DNA of 36,794 nt, taken from positions 1 through 36,794 of IMG/VR virus record IMGVR_UViG_3300032277_000031, one strand, 5' to 3'. Below are positions 26,901 through 35,668 of this stretch, piece after piece. Numbering within the stretch: position 1 is the stretch's first letter; each line of letters starts with the position of its first letter. A model generated the notes under the pieces. The model was not told the DNA's origin. It made no database searches and saw only the letters and a program-made list of their open reading frames with translations. The stretch comes from a virus. Taxonomy: Duplodnaviria > Caudoviricetes. Made by a program: the position numbers and the translations under genes.

Positions 26901-29825
26901 ATGAAAAATATAAAATCTATGGACTTAGCAAATATATTGGGGGTTGAATCCTCTACAGTTAGAAAATGGAAGCAAAAGAAACTGGTTAACCATAAAAAAG
27001 AAGGCAGAACACTTGTTATAGTGCTAGATGAAAAATTTGATAAATTCTTGTCAGGTACTAAACATATAACTAAAAAAGGGGCAATAAATGTTTTTCTTTC
27101 CAGAGAAGAAAAAAACCAAAAAGGAAATAGCAAAGAAAATACACAACTCGAAAAAGGCAAAGAAAAGGAGATCAAACAAAAAGTTGATGAAAAAGCAAAG
27201 GGTGAGGCTAAACCGGAGATAGATTTATCTCTTGTCGCACAGCAAATATTATTTTATGGCCGCTCTTGTATGTCTCAGAAAACCGTATATGATAAACCAG
27301 ATATTTTTAATGGTGATGGGGAAACCTTGATAGATCATCAATATTGCGTTCTTTCAGCGGTAAGAGGGGAAAGAAAAAAGGCAAATTTATTGTATAGGCA
27401 TGGCTTAACAATAGAGTTTGATATATTAGAAATAGAGCAATCATTAAATTTAATACATAAAGTTTTAGGCAAGGAAAATGTAAGCGTTTGTTGTCATAGC
27501 GGCAATAAATCACTTCATTTTCACTTGTCATTTTATAACCCTAGTGACAATCAAGATAAAATAGATGAGATAGCAGAAAAATTAAAAAAACTGCTTCCAT
27601 TTTGCGATTTTCCAGTTTTGACGGATAAGGTAAGGTTAGTAAGAACACCAGCGGCAATAAGGAATTGCCCCAATAAAAAAGGGCATGGTAAAAAGCAGCT
27701 AGTCGTTTTTGTCAATAAAAGATTTTGTCCTGAAGAATACAATAAAATTCTTGACTCTAAAATAAGTGGACTAGGATTTAGTGGGAGTTGCCCTAAAAAA
27801 TTAAATCATGTTTTATCTAAAATTTCCTCAAGGAAGAGCCCTACAGGAGCAGACATGAAGGAGGCCGTTTTAGAGTTTTGGAAAAACGGCTATAATAATA
27901 ACATCCTTTATTATGATATTATACAGGATTTTATACCTTATATAGGTGTTTTGTTCGAGCATATTAAAAAAGAAGAAAAACAAGAAAAAATAATTAGAAA
28001 AACAATAGTTAATGATGGCTCTACTAATTATCAAGTATGGGACTTAATAAACTGGTGTAATTTTTACTCTCAACATGGCGTAAAAGTTACAAGAGAGAGC
28101 GATGAATGGTGCGAGGGGCACACAAAAGGACTCCATAAAAATAAAAGTGGAAATTTTCATTTTCGCGCTGATACTGGAACATGGAAAGACCACAGCACAA
28201 ACGATAGTGGTAACGCTATAAAGTATTTGGTTGTTTATGGTGGGATAATGAATAAAAAAGATGCTTGGCTATATCTCCACGAGCTAGCAGGAATAGAAGC
28301 ACCTGAGCGAGATTACAAGGTATCCCTTGTAAAAAGAAAAAGAAACGATACAGGAGTCATTGAAGAGTCAAAAGTTGTTCCACCAGAGGAGACAGTAAAA
28401 ACTATTTCTGTACCTGTTGCAGTAAACCCACCTGTTAATATTACTGACATATACCAAGATGAAATTGTCCCCGAATTTGACGTGAACTCTGACTCTTTAC
28501 CAGTCGATGTTTTTCCTATATATATTAGGAAATATATAGAGGAGGCTTCTATGTCGTTTGCTAGTAGTCCAGACTTTATAGCAGTTTCCGCGCTATCTGC
28601 TTTGTCAATAGCAATAGGAAATTCGAGAAGGATTATTGTAAAAAAAGGATGGAGCGAGGGCGCGAGCCTATATTGTGCTATCGTAGCAAATCCTGGTTCG
28701 GGAAAGTCTCCAGCCATTAAAGCCGCCTTAAAACCTATCATAGACATTGATCAAGACAAGCAAAAAAAGTTTGAGGAAGATTTGAAAGAATACAGAAAGC
28801 AAATGAGAGATTTTACACTCGGTAAAATCCAAGATGAGCCAGAAAAACCCGCAAACGGCCACTTGTATACATCTAACGCGACAATAGAAAGTTTGTCAAA
28901 GATTGCATCTGAAAATCAACGGGGAATAATGCTATATAGAGATGAATTATCAGGATGGTTAACAAGTTTCGGGCAATATAAAGGGGGAAAAGGCGACGAC
29001 AAGCAGTTTTACATGGAGTGTTGGAGCGGTTCACCAATTAAGACAACACGTAAAAGCGGCGATACAATGATTGTCAGGAACCCATTTTTAACAATCATTG
29101 GTAGTTTGCAGCCAGCAACTTTACATCTATTGCAACAAAATGTAGAGGATGGTTTTTTTGATAGATTTTTGATTTCTTACCCACAAACAGAAATAAAGGA
29201 AATATCAGAAGATGTATTATCAAAAGAAACCTCTTCATTATATGAAGAAATTATATACAACTTGTATAACTTCGACGGAGTTATACAAGACGATGGAACA
29301 ATAAAACCCTTCTTTATGGAGATAGAAAAGGGTGGTTTTGCGGTTTATAAAGAATGGCATGATAAACTAATGAAAGAGTCATCAACCTTTGTTGACTGCA
29401 TGGTTAATGTATTTGCTAAGTTGAGAACTCAAGCCCTTAGAATAGCTTTGATTTTCGCATCAATAGACGGCTCTCAGAATGTTACAATTAATCATTTGAA
29501 AAGGGCTTTTAGGCTATGCGATTATTTTAAATCTCAATACAAAAAAGTTTTCCACTATACAGGCAGAACAGAGGACGAAATAAAATCTAGTCCTATAATG
29601 CGATATATGATAAAAAAAAGACTAACAGAAATGACAGTTAGAATATTAGTTAAGAATAAAATACCATCTTGTAGAAATGCGAAAATGGCTAGAGAGAACA
29701 TACAGTTTTTGGTTGACGCTGGGTTTGTTTCTTGGCATGAGGACGGCAAAAGGTCACGCTTTAAAATAAATAAAGAGACAGAAAAAACGCCTTTGTCGGG
29801 TAAATGTCGCTCAATTGTCGTGTAG
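26901..29825 (+). CDS. Replication protein: HTH + AEP primase-like + degenerate CHC2-like + DUF3987/YfjI helicase-like domains
   Basis: DLANILGVESSTVRKW HTH; IEFD, SGNKSLH, D....RLVRTP AEP motifs; ANPGSGKSP, ATIE, RDEL..W, DGFFDRFL of DUF3987. Confidence 0.85.
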   Translation: MKNIKSMDLANILGVESSTVRKWKQKKLVNHKKEGRTLVIVLDEKFDKFLSGTKHITKKGAINVFLSREEKNQKGNSKENTQLEKGKEKEIKQKVDEKAKGEAKPEIDLSLVAQQILFYGRSCMSQKTVYDKPDIFNGDGETLIDHQYCVLSAVRGERKKANLLYRHGLTIEFDILEIEQSLNLIHKVLGKENVSVCCHSGNKSLHFHLSFYNPSDNQDKIDEIAEKLKKLLPFCDFPVLTDKVRLVRTPAAIRNCPNKKGHGKKQLVVFVNKRFCPEEYNKILDSKISGLGFSGSCPKKLNHVLSKISSRKSPTGADMKEAVLEFWKNGYNNNILYYDIIQDFIPYIGVLFEHIKKEEKQEKIIRKTIVNDGSTNYQVWDLINWCNFYSQHGVKVTRESDEWCEGHTKGLHKNKSGNFHFRADTGTWKDHSTNDSGNAIKYLVVYGGIMNKKDAWLYLHELAGIEAPERDYKVSLVKRKRNDTGVIEESKVVPPEETVKTISVPVAVNPPVNITDIYQDEIVPEFDVNSDSLPVDVFPIYIRKYIEEASMSFASSPDFIAVSALSALSIAIGNSRRIIVKKGWSEGASLYCAIVANPGSGKSPAIKAALKPIIDIDQDKQKKFEEDLKEYRKQMRDFTLGKIQDEPEKPANGHLYTSNATIESLSKIASENQRGIMLYRDELSGWLTSFGQYKGGKGDDKQFYMECWSGSPIKTTRKSGDTMIVRNPFLTIIGSLQPATLHLLQQNVEDGFFDRFLISYPQTEIKEISEDVLSKETSSLYEEIIYNLYNFDGVIQDDGTIKPFFMEIEKGGFAVYKEWHDKLMKESSTFVDCMVNVFAKLRTQALRIALIFASIDGSQNVTINHLKRAFRLCDYFKSQYKKVFHYTGRTEDEIKSSPIMRYMIKKRLTEMTVRILVKNKIPSCRNAKMARENIQFLVDAGFVSWHEDGKRSRFKINKETEKTPLSGKCRSIVV

Positions 29826-30063
29826 ACAATATTGTTTGTGTTGTATATTTTAAAAAGGATTCATTGCTTTTGTCGGATTGTCGGGCGTGTCGGGTAAAGT
29901 AAGAATGTCGCTATATAATTATTAAGTCAATATATATATATATTACTAATAGCTGTTAATTACTCTTGAATGTACCCGACAACCCGACATTTTTAAATCG
30001 GCGTATATATTATAAGGGTTACAGGGGAAACCGACAAAGGCGACACGACCCGACAACCCGACA
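29794..30063. repeat. Iteron array, probable replication origin
   Basis: 7 TGTCG copies (29794-29911) and 6 inverted CGACA copies (29975-30063) flanking a TA-rich core near 29912-29960. Confidence 0.8.
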
Positions 30064-30090
30064 TTTTAAAAAGAAAGTAGGTTTTATAAA

Positions 30091-30747
30091 ATGGAAAAGG
30101 ATTTATATTATAAAGGTGTTTCGTTACCTAATCCTGATTTAGTAAAAAAGGGGTTAGGTCAATTTTTAAATAATGCAGTGGAAGAGGCTTCAAAAATGAC
30201 TAGTAAAAAAAATAGCAAATCTAAATCTAAAGCTAAAACTAAAGATGTTAAAAAAATAACTCATATTGTCGAGGATGAACAGATAATAGAGGAAGTGTTG
30301 CCAGTAGATACAGGTTTTGATATTGACTTAGAGAATGAAGTTGAAGTTGACCTAGAGAACGAAGAGACTAACAGCGATAAGGAAATAGAAAACTCAATAA
30401 ATGAAAGCATCTCTAACAGAAAAAGAGACCTTGACGAAAAGGTTTTGTCTTTAACGATGAGAGTTGCAATTTTGGATGAAATGTTGAAGGATTCAAAAAA
30501 ACTATTAAAAGTGGTTACTAAAGAGTCTTTAGAAAATAGCTCAAAGGATGGAGCAATAATAGTTATTGCCAATAATAAAGAAGAATCAAAAGTCTTGGAA
30601 ATGGCAAAGGAACAAATCAATATATTAAGGGGTTACGGACAGACCCCAATGTTTGATAATATAGAAGATGAAGTAGAGGAAGCCCAATTAACTATTGACG
30701 ATGAAGAGACAATTGATTTAGAAAAGGAAGCTAACATTGATAGTTAG
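30091..30747 (+). CDS. Acidic hypothetical protein
   Basis: GAAAGTAGGT RBS; D/E-rich disordered centre and coiled coil. Confidence 0.8.
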   Translation: MEKDLYYKGVSLPNPDLVKKGLGQFLNNAVEEASKMTSKKNSKSKSKAKTKDVKKITHIVEDEQIIEEVLPVDTGFDIDLENEVEVDLENEETNSDKEIENSINESISNRKRDLDEKVLSLTMRVAILDEMLKDSKKLLKVVTKESLENSSKDGAIIVIANNKEESKVLEMAKEQINILRGYGQTPMFDNIEDEVEEAQLTIDDEETIDLEKEANIDS

Positions 30748-30955
30748 GGGAATAACTACAACATTCTTTTGTAGCAACAACGATGATTGTTGCTATCACG
30801 ATCAAGAAGGTAAACTTTTTTCTCAAGAGTTTAACAGTAAAAATTTCAAAATTGACATCAAGAGAGCAATAAAAGAAGGCTGGGAGGTTCCCAGCGATGA
30901 ACTAGGCAAGACTTATTGTCCTTACTGCCTAGACAATAAGCAAATGGATTGTTAA
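30737..30955 (+). CDS. Small Cys-rich zinc-binding protein
   Basis: C....CC ... A.KEGW ... YCPYC pattern. Confidence 0.7.
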   Translation: MIVRGITTTFFCSNNDDCCYHDQEGKLFSQEFNSKNFKIDIKRAIKEGWEVPSDELGKTYCPYCLDNKQMDC

Positions 30956-30957
30956 AA

Positions 30958-31470
30958 ATGGATACTCTTATAATTGCCATAGACCCCGCTACACAGAAAA
31001 GCGGCTTTTGTATAGCACTTGCACAAAGAAATAACTTTTATATTATAGAAAGTGGAATAATAGAAGCCTGTAAAGATAAAAATTATCTGGTTAGACTTTG
31101 CGATATTGAGAAAAAAGTTTACTCTAAAATAGAGAATTTAAAAAAAACAAAATATTTCTCTATCTTGGAAAGACATGTTGTTATAGAAAAGGCTTATGTA
31201 GAAAAAAATGCTCATGTTGGCTTAGTGTTAGGAGCTGCAAGGGGTGTTTTTCTTGGAAGTTTTTTTAGATACAATTTCAAACCTTTTGAATATTCACCAA
31301 TGGAAATAAAAACTATATCAAATGGAGGTAGGAGTAAAAAAGATGTTGCAGAAGCAATAGAGATTTTATTTAAAAAGAAAATGAACTTTAAAAGCAATGA
31401 TGAGTCAGACGCTATTGCTATAGCAATTTATCATTGCTTGAGGCAAAAAATAATTAGATTTAAAGGGTAA
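30958..31470 (+). CDS. ruvC: Holliday junction resolvase RuvC
   Basis: IAIDP..SG, VVIEK, L..ARG, YSP.EIK, DESDAIAIA. Confidence 0.92.
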   Translation: MDTLIIAIDPATQKSGFCIALAQRNNFYIIESGIIEACKDKNYLVRLCDIEKKVYSKIENLKKTKYFSILERHVVIEKAYVEKNAHVGLVLGAARGVFLGSFFRYNFKPFEYSPMEIKTISNGGRSKKDVAEAIEILFKKKMNFKSNDESDAIAIAIYHCLRQKIIRFKG

Positions 31471-31474
31471 TAAA

Positions 31475-32173
31475 ATGATAGTTCTAGAAGGAATAATAGG
31501 TAGTGGGAAAACTACCTTGATGGAATATTTAGAAAGTTTAGTAAATTTACACATTGATAAAACCTATGTGGGGGAGAATAAAATAAAAAAATGTAGCAGG
31601 AGACCCCTTTTATTTTATGAGCCTGTAAGAGGCAACCCATATTTAGAATCTTTTTATAAGGACATGAAAAAATGGGGTCTTGAAATGCAGTTTTGGCTCA
31701 TGTCAAAGCGATTTCAAGCACACAATGAAGCAGTGAGTCAAGAGTGGTTTAATAAAATAGAAACATTCCACGACCGTAGTATTTATGGGGACTCTGTTTT
31801 CTGCGAAATGTTATATGATGCTGGCTTAATAGAAAAAAGAGGTTTTGAGAATTATAATTTAATGGCTGCTCAAATGTGTAAGATGCTCAAGGAACCAAAT
31901 TATATTTTTTTCTTAGATACTGAGCCAGAAATAGCACTAGAAAGGATTAAAGGCAGAGGTAGAGAAAGCGAGCAAGGAATATCTGTAGATTATTTAATTA
32001 GCTTGAGAAAAAAATATTATGAAAAAATAATATTTTGGAAAGAAATATACCCTCATTGCAAAATAAAAGTGGTCGAGTGGAACGACCTAAAACCAGAGCA
32101 ATTTGATTTCTCGGACGTTCATTTTAACACTGGCTATGAAAGTAAGCTAGGGGAAGGAATTTTCTATGACTAG
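31475..32173 (+). CDS. Deoxynucleoside kinase (dNK family)
   Basis: IVLEGIIGSGKTT, EPV..NPYL..FY, DRSIYGD..F, RI..RGR.SE, YL..L...Y. Confidence 0.93.
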   Translation: MIVLEGIIGSGKTTLMEYLESLVNLHIDKTYVGENKIKKCSRRPLLFYEPVRGNPYLESFYKDMKKWGLEMQFWLMSKRFQAHNEAVSQEWFNKIETFHDRSIYGDSVFCEMLYDAGLIEKRGFENYNLMAAQMCKMLKEPNYIFFLDTEPEIALERIKGRGRESEQGISVDYLISLRKKYYEKIIFWKEIYPHCKIKVVEWNDLKPEQFDFSDVHFNTGYESKLGEGIFYD

Positions 32174-32717
32174 AATTTTTTGCAATATTGGGGGTGTTAG
32201 CAGCTACAAAACAACTGGTTGCTTGAAATCATTTAAAAAGGATAATTCTGAGAAAATATTAATTAGAGTTACCACAGAAGATTTAATAGAACCTATTTTT
32301 AAAGATGTTGTAACTAAATGCGGTTCTATTAAATCTTCTGCTTTGTGGATTTCTAAAATTTCCCAAATCCCCACTGGTTATGAATGCTATTATATTGATG
32401 AAGCCCATTTTTTAGGAAATAATGATAAAATACTTGATCATGACAAGTGGACTAACTTTTTAGATAGGGTTGGAGATTCTAAAGTATATATATATGGAAT
32501 TGACTTAGATTACGAGGATAAGCCATTCAACGATTTTATAGGTAAATGTGTATTGTTTTCTGAAGATGTCACAAAAACTAAATCGAGATGTTTTATGTGT
32601 AATAAAGACGCTGGAAGGTCTTTAAAAATAAAAGGTGGAGCTGAAAAAGTAGAAGAAGAATCAGTAGCAGAGGAGATATATAAACCTATTTGCTATAAAT
32701 GTAAAAAAGAAAATTAA
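32166..32717 (+). CDS. tdk: Thymidine kinase (TK1-like), divergent
   Basis: IDEAHF, GIDLDY..KPF, CxxC...A.R, Y...CxxC; P-loop altered to GGVSSYKTT. Confidence 0.8.
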   Translation: MTRIFCNIGGVSSYKTTGCLKSFKKDNSEKILIRVTTEDLIEPIFKDVVTKCGSIKSSALWISKISQIPTGYECYYIDEAHFLGNNDKILDHDKWTNFLDRVGDSKVYIYGIDLDYEDKPFNDFIGKCVLFSEDVTKTKSRCFMCNKDAGRSLKIKGGAEKVEEESVAEEIYKPICYKCKKEN

Positions 32718-32726
32718 AAAAAGTTT

Positions 32727-32787
32727 GCTGTAAGCCGTCTATATCCTGTTAGAAATGCTTGTATGATCTGGTTTACAGCTTTTTTTT
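32727..32787 (+). terminator. Terminator-like stem with long loop
   Basis: GCTGTAAGCC...GGTTTACAGC followed by T8. Confidence 0.65.
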
Positions 32788-32806
32788 GTTTTTTTTTATT
32801 TTGTGT

Positions 32807-32835
32807 TTGACTTTTGTATTAGAAAATTGTAATAT
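32807..32835 (+). promoter_or_regulatory. Sigma70-type promoter TTGACT-N17-TAATAT
   Basis: Lies after the terminator and upstream of the small-ORF cluster. Confidence 0.6.
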
Positions 32836-32889
32836 ATAAGCATGTTAGAAAATAAGCCGATTATAAAAAAATGATCAAGGGGTTTTAAT

Positions 32890-33387
32890 ATGTTTTTATT
32901 CACTGAAGAAGTTCACCAGCTAGCGCAAGAATATTATTGGATTAATGGTTTGCGCTCTGTTATGAGATATTGCGACTGCGTTGCATTGGCAATGGCAGAC
33001 TTGAAAGAAGATTTGAGTAATAAAGATTATTGTTATGATCAAATGTTTTCTCGGGATTCGGTTATTTATGCAACTGGCAATTTAAATGTAGAGGTTGGTA
33101 TTAATTCTTTTAGCTTCTCTAGTATTATAGAAGCATCTCTTAAGCTACTAGAAACTAAAATTAAAAAAGATACTGTGTATAATGAAACATTTAGTCATCT
33201 AAAAGACTATTTTAGTAATTTTTTTGCAGATATTTTATTGACCGCAATAAAAAGAAATATAAATAGGTCTGAATTAGTGAATAAAATAATTAAAAGTCCT
33301 GTTTTTATGATAGGTAACAAAACGTTAGATGATTTACTAAAAATAATATGTGTAAATAGTGAGGATTACAAAAATGAAAAATACTAG
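32890..33387 (+). CDS. Hypothetical protein
   Basis: AAGGGG RBS; 165-aa ORF. Confidence 0.7.
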   Translation: MFLFTEEVHQLAQEYYWINGLRSVMRYCDCVALAMADLKEDLSNKDYCYDQMFSRDSVIYATGNLNVEVGINSFSFSSIIEASLKLLETKIKKDTVYNETFSHLKDYFSNFFADILLTAIKRNINRSELVNKIIKSPVFMIGNKTLDDLLKIICVNSEDYKNEKY

Positions 33388-33541
33388 TAACGTAGAGCCT
33401 AATACATTGGTTTATGCTGGCTATTCCTATTGTAATAGCAAAGTCAAATATTGCTGCTCTACTACTGGAATGCTGCATTATTACAACCAAAATAAAAAAA
33501 TGCAGGGTATGCCTTGCCAATGCTGTAAAGGAAAAAAATAA
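33374..33541 (+). CDS. Small Cys-rich hypothetical protein
   Basis: GAGG RBS; CC and CxCC clusters; stop overlaps next ATG. Confidence 0.55.
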   Translation: MKNTSNVEPNTLVYAGYSYCNSKVKYCCSTTGMLHYYNQNKKMQGMPCQCCKGKK

Positions 33542-33795
33542 TGGAAAATCTTTTGTTGTTATTGCGTCCTGCTCTTATTAATAAGCATGAAACGCTGAAA
33601 AGATTTATTATTACTGCAATATGTGGAATGGAAATAGTAATTAAAATAAAAGATGATATGCAATATGGTGTTCTTGATTCTGCATGTTTCAATGCTAATA
33701 CTATAAGTGTAAAAATTGATGGAAAAATCCAAAAATATATATTTAACGGAATAGATGAAATAATAATTTTTAATCATGGGGTCGATAATGTCTAA
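33541..33795 (+). CDS. Hypothetical protein, possible Sm/SH3-like beta barrel
   Basis: Helix then GMEIVIKIKDD..YGVL...ISVKID...IDEIII. Confidence 0.6.
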   Translation: MENLLLLLRPALINKHETLKRFIITAICGMEIVIKIKDDMQYGVLDSACFNANTISVKIDGKIQKYIFNGIDEIIIFNHGVDNV

Positions 33796-34246
33796 AGACA
33801 AGAAAAAAAACTTTAGCGTTTATCTAAGTGAGATGCTAGTAGAAAACCTAAAAAAAGACAGCGATAAGGGATTGTCCCAAATAATAAATGAAAAATTAGC
33901 GATTATCTATGATAGAAAATGCAGATTAGAGCGAATTTTATCGACCTATACATCTGTAAGGGATATTAAAGGAAATGTAGTCGCTTGCGTAAAAGGTAGC
34001 ACTAATTTAAAGAGCCTGTTAATTGATGATCAAGAAGATGATTTTTATTGTGGTTTAACTTCTGTTGATAATAAATTTATTTATATACATGGACATCTTT
34101 ATGCTGATTTTTTTACAGCGCAATTTATTACAAATGAAGCAGCAGTGGAAAAAATTATAGAATATAATGCTTATCATCTATTGAACGACAAGAGATTTGA
34201 TTTGCTTGTTGAGCTTCTGCAAAATAGGGTAACAATGGAGGATTAA
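33788..34246 (+). CDS. Hypothetical protein with N-terminal ribbon-helix-helix-like motif
   Basis: KNFSVYLSEMLVENLKK...LSQIINEKL. Confidence 0.6.
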   Translation: MSKDKKKNFSVYLSEMLVENLKKDSDKGLSQIINEKLAIIYDRKCRLERILSTYTSVRDIKGNVVACVKGSTNLKSLLIDDQEDDFYCGLTSVDNKFIYIHGHLYADFFTAQFITNEAAVEKIIEYNAYHLLNDKRFDLLVELLQNRVTMED

Positions 34247-34250
34247 ATCA

Positions 34251-34529
34251 GTGAGTAATGAATATAATGATTATGTTAATGAAAAAATTTGTAAATTAAA
34301 AGAAGTATTGATAGAAAAATTTCCTAATGAAATTGTAGAAATAGAAAAAACTGTAGATTTCTATAAAGATAATAGAGATAAAATAAAAATTGGTAGTTTT
34401 GCTTTATCATCAAGAAAAATTGGAGTTATTACAAAGTATATAAAACAGAAAAGTAATGGTGAAAAGTTTAATACTGTTGCTTATAATTTTTTTACATGGA
34501 ATAAAAAATATATTGAAAGCCAAGTATGA
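34251..34529 (+). CDS. Hypothetical protein
   Basis: GGAGG RBS, GTG start. Confidence 0.7.
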   Translation: MSNEYNDYVNEKICKLKEVLIEKFPNEIVEIEKTVDFYKDNRDKIKIGSFALSSRKIGVITKYIKQKSNGEKFNTVAYNFFTWNKKYIESQV

Positions 34530-34681
34530 TTATTATTGAAGTAAGGATAGAAAAATTAATAAATCAAGGCCATCCTAGACATTGCGCAACAAGAATTGTT
34601 AGCGGTGATGGCCTTTGTGAATGCGGTAATTTTTACTACAATATGAGAGGGGAATTAGTAAAAATAGGAGATAGCCAATGA
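34526..34681 (+). CDS. 51-aa His/Cys mini-protein
   Basis: Read by hand: MIIIEVRIEKLINQGHPRHCATRIVSGDGLCECGNFYYNMRGELVKIGDSQ; ATGA overlaps at both ends. Confidence 0.65.
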   Translation: MIIIEVRIEKLINQGHPRHCATRIVSGDGLCECGNFYYNMRGELVKIGDSQ

Positions 34682-34824
34682 AATCATATCTCCTTATGGC
34701 TTACGCTATAGCAGAAATTGACAAATTTAATGATAATTTATTAAGGGGTAAAAGTAAACATCCAAAGCCTAGAAAAAGTGGTAAGATAAAAAATAAAATT
34801 CGTAGTAGAAGGAAAAAAAAATAG
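34678..34824 (+). CDS. 48-aa protein with strongly basic C-terminus
   Basis: AGGAG RBS; ends RGKSKHPKPRKSGKIKNKIRSRRKKK. Confidence 0.65.
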   Translation: MKSYLLMAYAIAEIDKFNDNLLRGKSKHPKPRKSGKIKNKIRSRRKKK

Positions 34825-34845
34825 GGGTAATCAGCGTTTTACCCC
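34813..34845 (-). terminator. Hairpin with T-tract on the minus strand
   Basis: GGGGTAA-N8-TTACCCC with A9 on its left side. Confidence 0.5.
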
Positions 34846-34964
34846 AATAAAAATAAGGAAAAATCATGATATATATAAAACAACCTGAAGTAAAGAAAAA
34901 AAATAGACAAAGATATAACAAAAATATTGCAATTAGTATTAATTAAAAAGAAAGTTGGTAAAAA

Positions 34965-35234
34965 ATGATTAGTAAAACATTTGTTGTAACTGATATGGTT
35001 CAAGAATCAGAAAAAAAACAAGTATTAGAGCAAATTATGGATTTTTTAGGGTGTACTGTAAAAGTATTATTTCATGGTGCATCCTTGGAAATTTTCCTTA
35101 CTCTTACAGGAATAGAGGATGATATATTAGTCTTTAAATATGAATCATTAGAAATAGAAAAAAGAGTTAGTATTAACGATGTAAAAGAACTTTCTATTGC
35201 AAAGTTTATAGTTTTTGAAGATGAGGAAGAATAA
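34965..35234 (+). CDS. Hypothetical protein, possible Sm/LSm-like fold
   Basis: Helix then FLGCTVKVLF...LTLTGIEDDILVF...VSINDVKELSI. Confidence 0.65.
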   Translation: MISKTFVVTDMVQESEKKQVLEQIMDFLGCTVKVLFHGASLEIFLTLTGIEDDILVFKYESLEIEKRVSINDVKELSIAKFIVFEDEEE

Positions 35235-35237
35235 CAA

Positions 35238-35354
35238 ATGGATTTAATATGTGAGTATTGCGGGAAGCTTGATAACCAGTGTTTTTATAATGAAAGAGAC
35301 TTTTTAACTTGTTCTGATTGCCATTACAATCCTTATGATTTTTATTTGGGGTAG
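35238..35354 (+). CDS. 38-aa zinc-finger mini-protein (CxxC...CxxC)
   Basis: Read by hand: MDLICEYCGKLDNQCFYNERDFLTCSDCHYNPYDFYLG; GAGG RBS. Confidence 0.65.
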   Translation: MDLICEYCGKLDNQCFYNERDFLTCSDCHYNPYDFYLG

Positions 35355-35359
35355 AACAG

Positions 35360-35626
35360 ATGGGTGTATTATTTCTGGAAATAGAACCTCAGCTTGCAAA
35401 AACAGAGGTTGATTTAAAAAAAATGTCAATATTGCTAGAAAAAATAAAGAAGAAAACTGTTTTGGTTGAATTGAAAAATGACAAATCTCTTCATGTAGTT
35501 GATTTTTTATTTTACGATGAAGAGAAATTCTTTTTTTCTTTAGGGTATCTTGGAATTACAGAGGAAAAAGAAGTTCCCTTAAGTGAAGTTGAAAAAATAC
35601 AGTATAGCGATAGAATAACGGGGTAA
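35360..35626 (+). CDS. Hypothetical protein, possible Sm/LSm-like fold
   Basis: LLEKIKKKTVLVELKND...F..YD....VPLSEVEKI resembles the Sm1/Sm2 pattern. Confidence 0.65.
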   Translation: MGVLFLEIEPQLAKTEVDLKKMSILLEKIKKKTVLVELKNDKSLHVVDFLFYDEEKFFFSLGYLGITEEKEVPLSEVEKIQYSDRITG

Positions 35627-35628
35627 AC

Positions 35629-35668
35629 AAAAAAAAGGTGGCAATAGCAAGGGAGTTATTGCCACCTT
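35629..35668 (-). terminator. Rho-independent terminator on minus strand
   Basis: AAGGTGGCAATAGC-aaggga-GTTATTGCCACCTT stem with A-tract on the left side only. Confidence 0.75.

Noticed and set aside
29794-30063. Repeat cluster considered as a CRISPR array
   Set aside because: Repeats are 5-8 bp, irregularly spaced and inverted; no spacer periodicity or cas genes
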